A DNA stretch of 64,000 bases from the human T2T-CHM13v2.0 reference genome, Homo sapiens (GCF_009914755.1 NC_060933.1); one strand, 5' to 3'; shown: positions 1-15,200, numbered from the stretch's first letter. A program made the numbers and translations. Notes: generated by a model not told the origin, from the letters alone.

Positions 1-1611
1 CATTCCATTCTATTCGGGTTAATTCCATTCCATTCTATTCCATTCCATTCGATTCCATTCCATTGCAATGGAGTTGATTCCATTCCATTCCATTCCATTC
101 CGGATGATTCCATTCCATTGCATTCCATTCCATTCCATTCCCCTGCACTCGGGTTGATTCCATTCCATTCCATTCCATTCCATTCCGTTCCATTCCATTC
201 CATTCCATTCGGATTGATTTTATTCAATTCCCTTACACTCCATTACATTCCATTCCATTCGGGTAGTTTCCATTCCTTTCCATTCCATTCCTCCCTATTC
301 CATTGCACTCGGGTTGAATACATTCCATTCCATTCCATTCCATTCCATTCCATTCCATTGTACTCGGGTTGATTCCATTCCATTGCATTCCATTCCATTC
401 CATTCCATTCCATTGATTCCGTTCCATTCCATTACATTACATTCGGATTGATTCTATTCAACTCCCTTACTCTCCATTACATTCCATTCCATTCGGGTTG
501 TTCCATTCCATTCCATTCCATTCCACTCCATTCCATTGCACTCGGGTTGATTCCATTCCATTCCATTCCATTCCATTCCATTCCATCCCGGATGATTCCA
601 TTGCATTGCATTCCGTTCCATTACATTACCCTGCACTCCGGTTGATTCCATTCCATTCCATTCGATTCCATTCGATTCCATTCCATTCCAATTCGTTCCA
701 TTCTAATCTATTCCGTACCATTCCATTCCATTCCATACCATTCCATTCCATTCCATAGCATTCCATTCCATTCAATTCCATTCCATTACAATTCGTTCCA
801 TTCCATTCTATTCCGTACCATTCCATTCCATTCCATACCATTCCATTCCATTCCGTTCCATTCCATTCCATTCCATTCCGTTCCATTCCGTTCCATTCCA
901 TTCCATTCCATTCTATTCGGGTTAATTCCATTCCATTCCATTCCATTCCATTCTATTCCATTCCATTGCAAACGAGTTGAATCCATTGCATTTCATTCCA
1001 TTCCATTCCATTCCATTCCGAAAGATTCCATTCCATTGCATTCCATTCCATTCCATTCCCCTACACTCGCGTTGATTCCATTCCATTCCATTCCATTCCA
1101 TTCCATTCCGTTCCGTTCCGTTCCGTTCCATTCCATTCCATTCCATTCCATTCCGTTCCGTTCCATTCCATTCCATTCCATTCTATTTGGGTTAATTCCA
1201 TTCCATTCCATTCCATTACATTCGGAATTATTCTATTCAACTCCATTACTCTGCATTACATTCCATTCCATTCGGGTTGTTCCTTTCCATTCCATTCCAT
1301 TCCACTCCATTCCATTGCACTCGGGTTGATTCCATTCCATTCCATTCCATTCCATTCCGGAAGATTCCATTCCATTGCATTCCATTACATTCCATTCCCC
1401 TGCACTCGCGTTGATTCCATTCCTTTCCATTCCATTCCATTCCGTTCCTTTCCGTTCCATTCCATTCCATTCCATTCCGTTCCGTTCCGTTCCGTTCCAT
1501 TCCATTCCATTCCATTCTATTCGGGTTAATTCCATTCCATTCCATTCGATTGCAATCGAGTTGATTCCATTCCATTCTATTCCATTCCATTCCATTCCAT
1601 TCCATTCCTTT

Positions 1612-4200
1612 CCATTCCATTACGGATGATTCCATTCCATTGCATTCCATTCCATTCCATTCCCCTGTACTCTGGTTGATTCCATTCCATTCCATTCCAA
1701 TCCATGCCATTCCACTCGTGTTGATTCCATTCTTTCCATTCCATTCAAGTTGAATCCATTCCATTGCATTCCATTCCATTCCATTCCCCTGCAGTCGTGT
1801 TGATTCCATTCCATTCCATTCCATTCCATCCCATTTCATTCCGTTCCGTTCCATTTAATTTCATTCCATTCTATTCGGGTTAATTCCATTCCATTCCATT
1901 CCATTCCATTCCATTCCATTCCAATCGAGTTGATTCCATTCCATTCCATTCCATTCCATTCCACTCCATTCCAGTCCTTTCCATTCCATTCCACTCGGGT
2001 TGATTCCAATGTATTCCTTTCCAGTCCATTCCATTCCATTGCAATCGAGTTGATTCCATTGCTTTGCATTCCATTCCATTCCATTCCATTCCGGATGATT
2101 CCATTCCATTCCATTCCATTCCATTCCATTCCATCCCATTTCATTCCGTTCCGTTCCATTTAATTCCATTCCATTCTATTCGGGTTAATTCCATTCCATT
2201 CCATTCCATTCCATTCCATTCCATTCCATTCCAATCGAGTTGATTCCATTCCATTCCATTCCACTCCATTCCGTTCCATTCCATTCCATTCCATTGTATT
2301 TGGGTTAATTCCATTCCATTCCATTCTATTCCATTCCATTCCATTCCATTCCATTCCATTACAATCGAATTGATTCCATTCCATTCCATTCCATTCCATT
2401 CCATTCCATTCCATTCCAGTCCTTTCCATTCCATTCCATTCCATTCCATTCCAGTCCTTTCCATTCCATTCCACTCGGGTTGATTCCATTCTATTAGTTT
2501 CCATTCCATTCCATTCCCTTCCATTCCACTCTGGTTGATTCCATTCCTTTCCAATCCACTCGAATACATTCCCTCCTATTCCACTCGGAACGATTCCATT
2601 CCATTCCATTCCATTCCATTCCATTCCATTCCATTCCATTCCATTCCATTTCTTTCCATTCCATTCTATTCCATACCATTTCATTCCATTCCATTCCATT
2701 CCATTCCATTCCATTCCATTCCATTCCGCTCGTGTTGATTCCATTCCTTTCCATTCCATTCGGTTTGAAGCCATTCCATTCCATTCCATTCCATTCCATT
2801 CCATTGTACTCGGGTTGATTCCATTCAATTGCATTCCATTCCATTCCATTCCATTCCGTTCCATTCCATTCCATTACATTCGGATTGATTCTATTCAACT
2901 CCCTTACTCTCCATTCCATTCCAATCCATTCGGGTTGTTCCATTCCATTCCATTGCATTCCACTCCATTCCATTGCACTCGGGTTGATTCCATTCCATTC
3001 CATTCCATTCCATTCCATTCCGGATGATTCCATTCCATTACATTCCGTTCCATTACATTCCCCTGCACTCGCGTTGATTCATTCCATTCCATTCCATTCC
3101 ACACCATTCCATTCCAATCCATTCCATTCCATTCCATTCCATTCCATTCCGTTCCGTTCCATTCCGTTCCATTCCATTCCATTCTATTCGGGTTAATTCC
3201 ATTCCATTCCATTCCATTCCATTCCATTCTATTCCATTCCATTGCAATCGAGTTGAATCCATTGCATTCCATTCCATTCCATTCCATTCCGGAAGATTCC
3301 ATTCCATTGCATTCCATTACATTCCATTCCCCTGCACTCGGGTTGATTCCATTCCATTCCACTCTATTCCGTTCCATTCCATTCCATTCCATTGTATTCG
3401 GGTTAATTCCATTCCATTCCATTCCATTCCATTCCATTCCATTCCATTCCATTACAATCGATTTAATTAATTCCATTCGATTCCATTCCATTCCATTCCA
3501 TTCCATTCCAGTCCTTTCCATTCCATTCCACTCGGGTTGATTCCATTCTATTAGTTTCCATTCCATTCCATTCCCTTCCATTCCACTCTGGTTGATTCCA
3601 TTCCTTTCCATTCCACTCGAATACATTCCCTCCTATTCCACTCGGAACGATTCCATTCCATTCCATTCCATTCCATTCCATTCCATTCCATTCCATTTCG
3701 TTCCATTCCATTCTATTCCGTATCATTCCATTCCATTCCATTCCATTCCATTCCATTCCATTCCACTCGTGTTGATTCCATTCCTTTCCATTCCATTCGG
3801 TTTGAAGGCATTCCATTCCATTCCATTCCATTCCATTCCATTCCATTCCATTCCATTCCGTTCCGTTCCATTCCATTCCATTCCATTCCATTCCGTTCCA
3901 TTCCATTCCATTCCATTCCATTCTATTCGGGTTAATTCCGTTCCATTCCATTCGATTGCAATCGAGTTGATTCCATTCCATTCCTTTCCATTCCATTCCA
4001 TTCCATTCCTTTCCATTCCATTACGGATGATTCCATTCCATTGCATTCCATTCCATTCCATTCCCCTGTACTCGTGTTCATTCCATTCCATTCCATTCCA
4101 ATCCATGCCATTCCCCTCGTGTTGATTCCATTCTTTCCATTCCATTCAAGTTGAATCCATTCCATTGCATTCCATTCCATACCATTCCCCTGCAGTCGGG
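1612..4200 (+). repeat. Left duplication, copy 1 (partner at ~5461-8040)
   Basis: Shares rare variants with copy 2: GTACTCTGGTTG (~1667/5516), CCATTTAATTTCATT (~1851/5700), CCTTTCCAATCCACTCG (~2546/6360), GTTGATTCATTCC (~3073/6892), GATTTAATTAATTCC (~3460/7274). Identical ORF-track entries are offset by 3849 (1836/5685) and 3819 (2885/6704). Confidence 0.9.
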
Positions 4201-5460
4201 TTGATTCCATTCCATTCCATTCCATTCCATTCCATTCCATTCCGTTCCGTTCCGTTCCATTCCATTCCATTCCATTCTATTCGGGTTAATTCCATTCCAT
4301 TCCATTCCATTCCACTCCATTCCAATCGAGTTGATTCCATTCCATTCCATTCCATTCCATTCCATTCCATTCCATTCTATTCCACTCCATTCCAGTCCTT
4401 TCCATTGCATTCCACTCGGGTTGATTCCAATGTATTCCTTTCCATTCCATTCCATTCCATTGCAATCGAGTTGATTCCATTGCTTTGCATTCCATTCCAT
4501 TCCATTCCATTCCGAATGATTCCATTCCATTGCATTCCATTCCATTCCATTCCCCTGCACTCGGGTTGATTCCATTCCATTCCACTCCATTCCGTTCCAT
4601 TCCATTCCATTCCATTGTATTCGGGTTAATTCCATTCCATTCCATTCCATTCCATTCCATTCCATTCCAATCGAGTTTATTCCATTCCATTCCATTCCAT
4701 TCCATTCCATTCCAGTCCTTTCCATTCCATTCCACTCGGGTTGATTCCATTCTAATAGTTTCCTTTCCATTCCATTCCCTTCCATTCCACTCTGGTTGAT
4801 TCCATTCCTTTCCATTCCACTCGAATACATTCCCTCCTATTCCACTCGGAACGATTCCATTCCATTCCATTCCATTCCATTCCATTCCATTCCATTCCAT
4901 TCCATTTCGTTCCATTCCATTCTATTCCGTATCATTCCATTCCATTCCATTCCATTCCATTCCATTCCATTCCATTCCACTCCTGTTGATTCCATTCCTT
5001 TCCATTCCATTCGGTTTGAAGGCATTCCATTCCATTCCATTCCATTCCATTCCATTCCATTCCATTGTACTCGGGTTGATTGCATTCCATTGCATTCCAT
5101 TCCATTCCATTCCGTTGCATTCCATTCCATTACATTCGGATTGATTCTATTCAACTCCCTTACTCTCCATTACATTCCATTCCATTCGGGTTGTTCCATT
5201 CCATTCCATTCCATTCCACTCCATTCCATTGCACTCGGGTTGATTCCATTCTACTCCGTTCCATTCCATTCCATTCCATTCCGGATGATTCCACTCCATT
5301 GCATTCCGTTCCATTACATTCCCCTGCACTCGCGTTGATTCCATTCCATTCCATTCAATTCCATTCCATTACAATTCGTTACATTCCATTCTATTCCGTA
5401 CCATTCCATTCCATTCCAATCCATTCCATTCCATTCCATTCCATTCCATTCCATTCCGTT

Positions 5461-8040
5461 CCATTCCATTACGGATGATTCCATTCCATTGCATTCCATT
5501 CCATTCCATTCCCCTGTACTCTGGTTGATTCCATTCCATTCCATTCCAATCCATGCCATTCCACTCGTGTTGATTCCATTCTTTCCATTCCATTCAAGTT
5601 GAATCCATTCCATTGCATTCCATTCCATTCCATTCCCCTGCAGTCGGGTTGATTCCATTCCATTCCATTCCATTCCATCCCATTTCATTCCGTTCCGTTC
5701 CATTTAATTTCATTCCATTCTATTCGGGTTAATTCCATTCCATTCCATTCCATTCCATTCCATTCCATTCCAATCGAGTTGATTCCATTCCATTCCATTC
5801 CATTCCATTCCACTCCATTCCAGTCCTTTCCATTCCATTCCACTCGGGTTGATTCCAATGTATTCCTTTCCAGTCCATTCCATTCCATTGCAATCGAGTT
5901 GATTCCATTGCTTTGCATTCCATTCCATTCCATTCCATTCCGGATGATTCCATTCCATTCCATTCCATTCCATTCCATTCCATCCCATTTCATTCCGTTC
6001 CGTTCCATTTAATTCCATTCCATTCTATTCGGGTTAATTCCATTCCATTCCATTCCATTCCATTCCATTCCATTCCATTCCAATCGTGTTGATTCCATTC
6101 CATTCCATTCCACTCCATTCCGTTCCATTCCATTCCATTCCATTGTATTTGGGTTAATTCCATTCCATTCCATTCTATTCCATTCCATTCCATTCCATTC
6201 CATTCCATTACAATCGAATTGATTCCATTCCATTCCATTCCATTCCATTCCATTCCATTCCATTCCAGTCCTTTCCATTCCATTCCACTCGGGTTGATTC
6301 CATTCTATTAGTTTCCATTCCATTCCATTCCCTTCCATTCCACTCTGGTTGATTCCATTCCTTTCCAATCCACTCGAATACATTCCCTCCTATTCCACTC
6401 GGAACGATTCCATTCCATTCCATTCCATTCCATTCCATTCCATTCCATTCCATTCCATTCCATTTCTTTCCATTCCATTCTATTCCATACCATTTCATTC
6501 CATTCCATTCCATTCCATTCCATTCCATTCCATTCCATTCCATTCCGCTCGTGTTGATTCCATTCCTTTCCATTCCATTCGGTTTGAAGCCATTCCATTC
6601 CATTCCATTCCATTCCATTCCATTGTACTCGGGTTGATTCCATTCAATTGCATTCCATTCCATTCCATTCCATTCCGTTCCATTCCATTCCATTACATTC
6701 GGATTGATTCTATTCAACTCCCTTACTCTCCATTCCATTCCAATCCATTCGGGTTGTTCCATTCCATTCCATTGCATTCCACTCCATTCCATTGCACTCG
6801 GGTTGATTCCATTCCATTCCATTCCATTCCATTCCATTCCGGATGATTCCATTCCATTACATTCCGTTCCATTACATTCCCCTGCACTCGCGTTGATTCA
6901 TTCCATTCCATTCCATTCCACACCATTCCATTCCAATCCATTCCATTCCATTCCATTCCATTCCATTCCGTTCCGTTCCATTCCGTTCCATTCCATTCCA
7001 TTCTATTCGGGTTAATTCCATTCCATTCCATTCCATTCCATTCTATTCCATTCCATTGCAATCGAGTTGAATCCATTGCATTCCATTCCATTCCATTCCA
7101 TTCCGGAAGATTCCATTCCATTGCATTCCATTACATTCCATTCCCCTGCACTCGGGTTGATTCCATTCCATTCCACTCTATTCCGTTCCATTCCATTCCA
7201 TTCCATTGTATTCGGGTTAATTCCATTCCATTCCATTCCATTCCATTCCATTCCATTCCATTCCATTACAATCGATTTAATTAATTCCATTCGATTCCAT
7301 TCCATTCCATTCCATTCCAGTCCTTTCCATTCCATTCCACTCGGGTTGATTCCATTCTATTAGTTTCCATTCCATTCCATTCCCTTCCATTCCACTCTGG
7401 TTGATTCCATTCCTTTCCATTCCACTCGAATACATTCCCTCCTATTCCACTCGGAACGATTCCATTCCATTCCATTCCATTCCATTCCATTCCATTCCAT
7501 TCCATTCCATTTCGTTCCATTCCATTCTATTCCGTATCATTCCATTCCATTCCATTCCATTCCATTCCATTCCATTCCACTCGTGTTGATTCCATTCCTT
7601 TCCATTCCATTCGGTTTGAAGGCATTCCATTCCATTCCATTCCGTTCCGTTCCATTCCATTCCATTCCATTCCATTCCGTTCCATTCCATTCCATTCCAT
7701 TCCATTCTATTCGGGTTAATTCCATTCCATTCCATTCGATTGCAATCGAGTTGATTCCATTCCATTCCATTCCATTCCATTCCATTCCATTCCATTCCAT
7801 TCCATTCCATTCCATTCCTTTCCATTCCATTACGGATGATTCCATTCCATTGCATTCCATTCCATTCCATTCCCCTGTACTCGGGTTGATTCCATTCCAT
7901 TCCATTCCAATCCATGCCATTCCACTCGTGTTGATTCCATTCTTTCCATTCCATTCAAGTTGAATCCATTCCATTGCATTCCATTCCATTCCATTCCCCT
8001 GCAGTCGGGTTGATTCCATTCCATTCCATTCCATTCCATT
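5461..8040 (+). repeat. Left duplication, copy 2 (partial tandem copy, offset 3.81-3.85 kb)
   Basis: Same ordered diagnostics as 1612-4200. Collinearity ends after CCCCTGCAGTCGGG (~8000), where the sequence runs into the central HOR array. Confidence 0.88.
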
Positions 8041-8079
8041 CCATTCCATTCCAATCAAGTTGATTCCATTCCATTCCAT

Positions 8080-11000
8080 TCCATTGCATTCCATTACATT
8101 CCACTCCATTCCAGTCCTTTGCAATCCATTCCACTCGGGTTGATTCCAATGTATTCCTTTCCATTCCATTCCATTCCACTGCAATCGAGTTGATTCCATT
8201 GCTTTGCATTCCATTCCATTCCATTCCATTCCGGATGATTCCATTCCATTGCATTCCATTCCATTCCATTCCCCTGCACTCCGGTTGATTCCATTCCATT
8301 CCCCTCCATTCCATTCCATTCCATTCCATTCCATTGTATTCGGGTTAATTCCATTCCATTCCGTTCCATTCCATTCCATTCCTTTCCATTCCATTACGGA
8401 TGATTCCATTCCATTGCATTCCATTCTATTCCATTCCCCTGTACTCGGGTTGATTCCATTCCATTCCATTCCAATCCATGCCATTCCACTCGTGTTGATT
8501 CCATTCTTTCCATTCCATTCAAGTTGATTCCATTCCATTTCATTCCATTCCATTCGATTCCATTCGATTGCACTCGGGTTGATTCCATTCCATTGCATTC
8601 CATTCCATTCCATTCCATTCCATTCCATTCCATTCCGTTCCATTCCATTCCATTACATTCGGATTGATTCTATTCAATTCCCTTACACTCCATTACATTC
8701 CATTCCATTCGGGTAGTTTCCATTCCATTCCATTCCATTCCTCTCCATTCCATTGCACTCGGGTTGATTCCATTCCATTGCATTCCATTCCATTCCATTC
8801 AATTCCATTCCGTTCCATTCCATTCCATTACATTCGGATTGATTCTATTCAACTCCCTTACTCTCCATTATATTCCATTCCATTCGGGTTGTTCCATTCC
8901 ATTCCGTTCCATTCCACTCCATTCCATTGCACTCGGGTTGATTCCATTCCATTCCATTCCATTCCATTCCATTCCCTTCCTTTCCGTTCCTTTCCATTCC
9001 ATTCCATTCCATTCCGTTCCGTTCCATTCCATTCCGTTCCATTCTATTCGGGTTAATTCCATTCCATTCCATTCGATTGCAATCGAGTTGATTCCATTCC
9101 ATTCCATTCCATTCCATTCCATTCCATTCCTTTCCATTCCATTACGGATGATTCCATTCCATTGCATTCCATTCCATTCCATTCCCCTGTACTCGGGTTG
9201 ATTCCATTCCATTCCATTCCAATCCATGTCATTCCACTCGTGTTGATTCCATTCTTTCCATTCCATTCAAGTTGAATCCATTCCATTGCATTCCATTCCA
9301 TTCGATTCCATTTGATTGCACTCGGGTTGATTCCATTCCATTCCATTCCATTCCATTCCATTCCATTTCGTTCCATTCCATTCTATTCCGTATCATTCCA
9401 TTCCATTCCATTCCATTCCATTCCATTCCATTGTACTCGGGTTGATTCCATTCCATTGCATTCCATTCCATTCCATTCCATTCCATTCAGTTGCATTCCA
9501 TTCCATTACGTTCGGATTGATTCTATTCAACTCCCTTACTCTCCATTCCATTCCATTCCATTCAGGTTGTTCCACTCCATTCCATTCCATTCCACTCCAT
9601 TCCATTGCACTCGGGTTGATTCCATTCCATTCCATTCCATTCCGGATGATTCCATTCCATTGCATTCCGTTCCATTACATTCCCCTGCACTCAAGTTGAT
9701 TCCATTCCATTCCATTCCATTCCATTCCATTCCATTCAATTCCATTCCATTACAATTCGTTCCATTCCATTCTATTCCGTACCATTCCATTCCATTCCAT
9801 ACCATTCCATTCCATTCCATTCCATTCCGTTCCATTCCATTCCTTTCCGTTCCATTCCGTTCCATTCCATTCCATTCCATTCCATTCGGATTAATTCCAT
9901 TCCATTCTATTCCATTCCATTCTATTCCATTCCATTGCAATCGAGTTGAATCCATTGCATTTCATTCCATTCCATTCCATTCCATTCCATTCCGGAAGTT
10001 TCCATTCCATTGCATTCCATTCCATTCCATTCCATTCCATTCAATTCCGTTCCATTCCATTCCATTACATTCGGATTGATTCTATTCAACTCCCTTAGTC
10101 TCCATTACATTCCATTCCATTCGGGTTGTTCCATTCCATTCTATTCCATTCCACTCCATTCCATTGCACTTGGGTTTATTCCATACCATTCCATTCCATT
10201 CCATTCAATTCCATTCCATTCCGGAAGATTCCATTCCATTGCATTCCATTCCATTCCATTCCCCTGCACTCGCGTTGATTCCATTCCATTCCATTCCATT
10301 CCATTCCGTTCCGTTCCGTTCCGTTCCATTCCATTCCATTCCATTCCATTCCGTTCCGTTCCATTCCATTCCATTCCATTCTATTCGGGTTAATTCCATT
10401 CCATTCCATTCGATTGCAATCGAGTTGATTCCATTCCATTCCATTCCATTCCATTGCATTCCTTTCCATTCCATTCCATTCCTTTCCATTCCATTACGGA
10501 TGATTCCATTCCATTGCATTCCATTCCATTCCGTTCCCCTGTACTCGGGTTGATTCCATTCCATTCCATTCCAATCCATGCCATTCCACTCGTGTTGATT
10601 CCATTCTTTCCATTCCATTCAAGTTGAATCCATTCCATTGCATTCCATTCCATTCCATTCCCCTGCAGTCGGGTTGATTCCATTCCATTCCATTCCATTC
10701 CATTCCATTCCATTCCAATCAAGTTGATTCCATTCCATTCCATTCCATTGCATTCCATTCCATTCCACTCCATTCCAGTCCTTTCCATTCCATTCCACTC
10801 GGGTTGATTCCAATGTACTCCTTTCCATTCCATTCCATTCCATTGCAATCGAGTTGATTCCATTGCTTTGCATTCCATTCCATTCGATTCCATTTCGGAT
10901 GATTCCATTCCATTGCATTCCATTCCATTCCATTCCCCTGCACTCGGGTTGATTCCATTCCATTCCACTCCATTCCATTCCATTCCATTCCATTCCATTG

Positions 11001-12207
11001 TATTCGGGTTAATTCCATTCCATTCCATTCCATTCCATTCCATTCCATTCCATTACAATCGAGTTGATTCCATTCCATTCCATTCCATTCCAGTCCTTTC
11101 CATTCCATTCCACTCGGGTTGATTCCATTCTATTTGTTTCCATTCCATTCCATTCCCTTCCATTGTATTCGGGTTAATTCCATTCCATTCCATTCCATTC
11201 CATTCCATTCCATTCCATTACAAACGAGTTGATTCCATTCCATTCCATTCCATTCCAGTCCTTTCCATTCCATTCCACTCGGGTTGATTCCATTCTATTA
11301 GTTTCCATTCCATTCCATTCCCTTCCATTCCACTCTGGTTGATTCCATTCCTTTCCATTCCACTCGAATACTTTCCCTCCTATTCCACTCGGAACGATTC
11401 CATTCCATTCCATTCCATTCCTTTCCATTCAATTCCATTTCGTTCCATTCCATTCTATTCCGTATCATTCCATTCCATTCCATTCCATTCCATTCCATTC
11501 CATTCCATTCCATTGTACTCGGGTTGATTCCATTCCATTGCATTCCATTCCATTCCATTCCATTCCATTCCGTTGCATTCCATTCCATTACATTCGGATT
11601 GATTCTATTCAACTCCCTTACTCTCCATTACATTCCATTCCATTCGGGTTGTTCCATTCCATTCCATTCCATTCCACTCCATTCCATTGCACTCGGGTTG
11701 ATTCCATTCCATTCCATTCCATTCCATTCCATTCCATTCCGGATGATTCCATTCCATTGCATTCCGTTCCATTACATTCCCCTGCACTCGCGTTGATTCC
11801 ATTCCATTCCATTCCATTCCATTCAATTCCATTCCATTACAATTCGTTCCATTCCATTCTATTCCGTACCATTCCATTCCATTCCATACCATTCCATTCC
11901 ATTCCATTCCATTCCATTCCGTTCCATTCCGTTCCATTCCATTCCATTCCATTCTATTCGGATTAATTGCATTCCATTCCATTTCATTCCATTCTATTCC
12001 ATTCCATTGCAATCGAGTTGAATCCATTGCATTTCATTCCATTCCATTCCATTCCATTCCATTCCGGAAGTTTCCATTCCATTGCATTCCATTCCATTCC
12101 ATTCCCCTGCACTCGCGTTGATTCCATTCCATTCCATTCCATTCCATTCCGTTCCGTTCCATTCCATTGCATTCCATTCCGTTCCGATCCATTCCATTCC
12201 ATTCCAT
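8080..12207 (+). repeat. HOR unit U1, long form with a 90-bp deletion (4128 bp)
   Basis: Marker spacing 8112 to 12240; lacks the CCGGAAGATT...CTCGCGTTG module near 8960 that all other units carry. Confidence 0.9.
12061..12075. promoter_or_regulatory. Heat-shock element motif overlapping an ETS core: ATTCCGGAAGTTTCC (one example of a recurring site)
   Basis: aTTCc-gGAAg-tTTCc is a perfect 3-unit HSE and contains CCGGAAGT (ELK/GABPA-class consensus). Also at 9989, 14192, 16284 and the equivalent positions in other units. Motif match only. Confidence 0.45.
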
Positions 12208-15200
12208 TCCATTGCATTCCATTACATTCCACTCCATTCCAGTCCTTTGCATTCCATTCCACTCGGGTTGATTCCAATGTATTCCTTTCCATTCCATTCC
12301 ATTCCACTGCAATCGAGTTGATTCCATTGCTTTGCATTCCATTCCATTCCATTCCATTCCGGATGATTCCATTCCATTGCATTCCATTCCATTCCATTCC
12401 CCTGCACTCCGGTTGATTCCATTCCATTCCCCTCCATTCCATTCCATTCCATTCCATTCCATTGTATTCGGGTTAATTCCATTCCATTCCATTCCATTCC
12501 ATTCCATTCCTTTCCATTCCATTACGGATGATTCCATTCCATTGCATTCCATTCTATTCCATTCCCCTGTACTCGGGTTGATTCCATTCCATTCCATTCC
12601 AATCCATGCCATTCCACTCGTGTTGATTCCATTCTTTCCATTCCATTCAAGTTGATTCCATTCCATTTCATTCCATTCCATTCGATTCCATTCGATTGCA
12701 CTCGGGTTGATTCCATTCCATTGCATTCCATTCCATTCCATTCCATTCCATTCCATTCCATTCCGTTCCATTCCATTCCATTACATTCGGATTGATTGTA
12801 TTCAATTCCCTTACACTCCATTACATTCCATTCCATTCGGGTAGTTTCCATTCCATTCCATTCCATTCCTCTCCATTCCATTGCACTCGGGTTGATTCCA
12901 TTCCATTGCATTCCATTCCATTCCATTCAATTCCATTCCGTTCCATTCCATTCCATTACATTCGGATTGATTCTATTCAACTCCCTTACTCTCCATTATA
13001 TTCCATTCCATTCGGGTTGTTCCATTCCATTCCGTTCCATTCCACTCCATTCCATTGCACTCGGGTTGATTCCATTCCATTCCATTCCATTCCATTCCAT
13101 TCCGGAAGATTCCATTCCATTGCATTCCGTTCCATTCCATTCCCCTGCACTCGCGTTGATTCCATTCCATTCCATTCTATTCCATTCCATTCCCTTCCTT
13201 TCCGTTCCTTTCCATTCCATTCCATTCCATTCCGTTCCGTTCCATTCCATTCCATTCCATTCTATTCGGGTTAATTCCATTCCATTCCATTCGATTGCAA
13301 TCGAGTTGATTCCATTCCATTCCATTCCATTCCATTCCATTCCATTCCTTTCCATTCCATTACGGATGATTCCATTCCATTGCATTCCATTCCATTCCAT
13401 TCCCCTGTACTCGGGTTGATTCCATTCCATTCCATTCCAATCCATGTCATTCCACTCGTGTTGATTCCATTCTTTCCATTCCATTCAAGTTGAATCCATT
13501 CCATTGCATTCCATTCCATTCGATTCCATTTGATTGCACTCGGGTTGATTCCATTCCATTCCATTCCATTCCATTCCATTCCATTTCGTTCCATTCCATT
13601 CTATTCCGTATCATTCCATTCCATTCCATTCCATTCCATTCCATTCCATTGTACTCGGGTTGATTCCATTCCATTGCATTCCATTCCATTCCATTCCATT
13701 CCATTCAGTTGCATTCCATTCCATTACGTTCGGATTGATTCTATTCAACTCCCTTACTCTCCATTCCATTCCATTCCATTCAGGTTGTTCCACTCCATTC
13801 CATTCCATTCCACTCCATTCCATTGCACTCGGGTTGATTCCATTCCATTCCATTCCATTCTGGATGATTCCATTCCATTGCATTCCGTTCCATTACATTC
13901 CCCTGCACTCAAGTTGATTCCATTCCATTCCATTCCATTCCATTCCATTCAATTCCATTCCATTACAATTCGTTCCATTCCATTCTATTCCGTACCATTC
14001 CATTCCATTCCATACCATTCCATTCCATTCCATTCCATTCCGTTCCATTCCATTCCTTTCCGTTCCATTCCGTTCCATTCCATTCCATTCGGATTAATTC
14101 CATTCCATTCTATTCCATTCCATTCTATTCCATTCCATTGCAATCGAGTTGAATCCATTGCATTTCATTCCATTCCATTCCATTCCATTCCATTCCGGAA
14201 GTTTCCATTCCATTGCATTCCATTCCATTCCATTCCATTCCATTCAATTCCGTTCCATTCCATTCCATTACATTCGGATTGATTCTATTCAACTCCCTTA
14301 GTCTCCATTACATTCCATTCCATTCGGGTTGTTCCATTCCATTCCATTCCATTCCACTCCATTCCATTGCACTTGGGTTTATTCCATACCATTCCATTCC
14401 ATTCCATTCAATTCCATTCCATTCCGGAAGATTCCATTCCATTGCATTCCATTCCATTCCATTCCCCTGCACTCGCGTTGATTCCATTCCATTCCATTCC
14501 ATTCCATTCCGTTCCGTTCCGTTCCGTTCCATTCCATTCCATTCCATTCCATTCCGTTCCGTTCCATTCCATTCCATTCCATTCTATTCGGGTTAATTCC
14601 ATTCCATTCCATTCGATTGCAATCGAGTTGATTCCATTCCATTCCATTCCATTCCATTGCATTCCTTTCCATTCCATTCCATTCCTTTCCATTCCATTAC
14701 GGATGATTCCATTCCATTGCATTCCATTCCATTCCGTTCCCCTGTACTCGGGTTGATTCCATTCCATTCCATTCCAATCCATGCCATTCCACTCGTGTTG
14801 ATTCCATTCTTTCCATTCCATTCAAGTTGAATCCATTCCATTGCATTCCATTCCATTCCATTCCCCTGCAGTCGGGTTGATTCCATTCCATTCCATTCCA
14901 TTCCATTCCATTCCATTCCAATCAAGTTGATTCCATTCCATTCCATTCCATTGCATTCCATTCCATTCCACTCCATTCCAGTCCTTTCCATTCCATTCCA
15001 CTCGGGTTGATTCCAATGTACTCCTTTCCATTCCATTCCATTCCATTGCAATCGAGTTGATTCCATTGCTTTGCATTCCATTCCATTCGATTCCATTTCG
15101 GATGATTCCATTCCATTGCATTCCATTCCATTCCATTCCCCTGCACTCGGGTTGATTCCATTCCATTCCACTCCATTCCATTCCATTCCATTCCATTCCA

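Noticed and set aside
2556-2600. CCACTCGAATACATTCCCTCCTATTCCACTCGGAACGATTCC as a foreign insert or small RNA
   Set aside because: It stays in 5-bp register and parses as mutated pentamers and decamers. It recurs ~18 times as an ordinary module.
8711-8721. NF-kB-like GGGTAGTTTCC (and GGAAGTTTCC)
   Set aside because: Imperfect match to GGGRNWYYCC; the TTCC half comes free from the satellite backbone.
12062-12069. Palindrome TTCCGGAA as a STAT GAS site
   Set aside because: The spacer is 2 nt, whereas canonical GAS is TTC-N3-GAA (N4 for STAT6).
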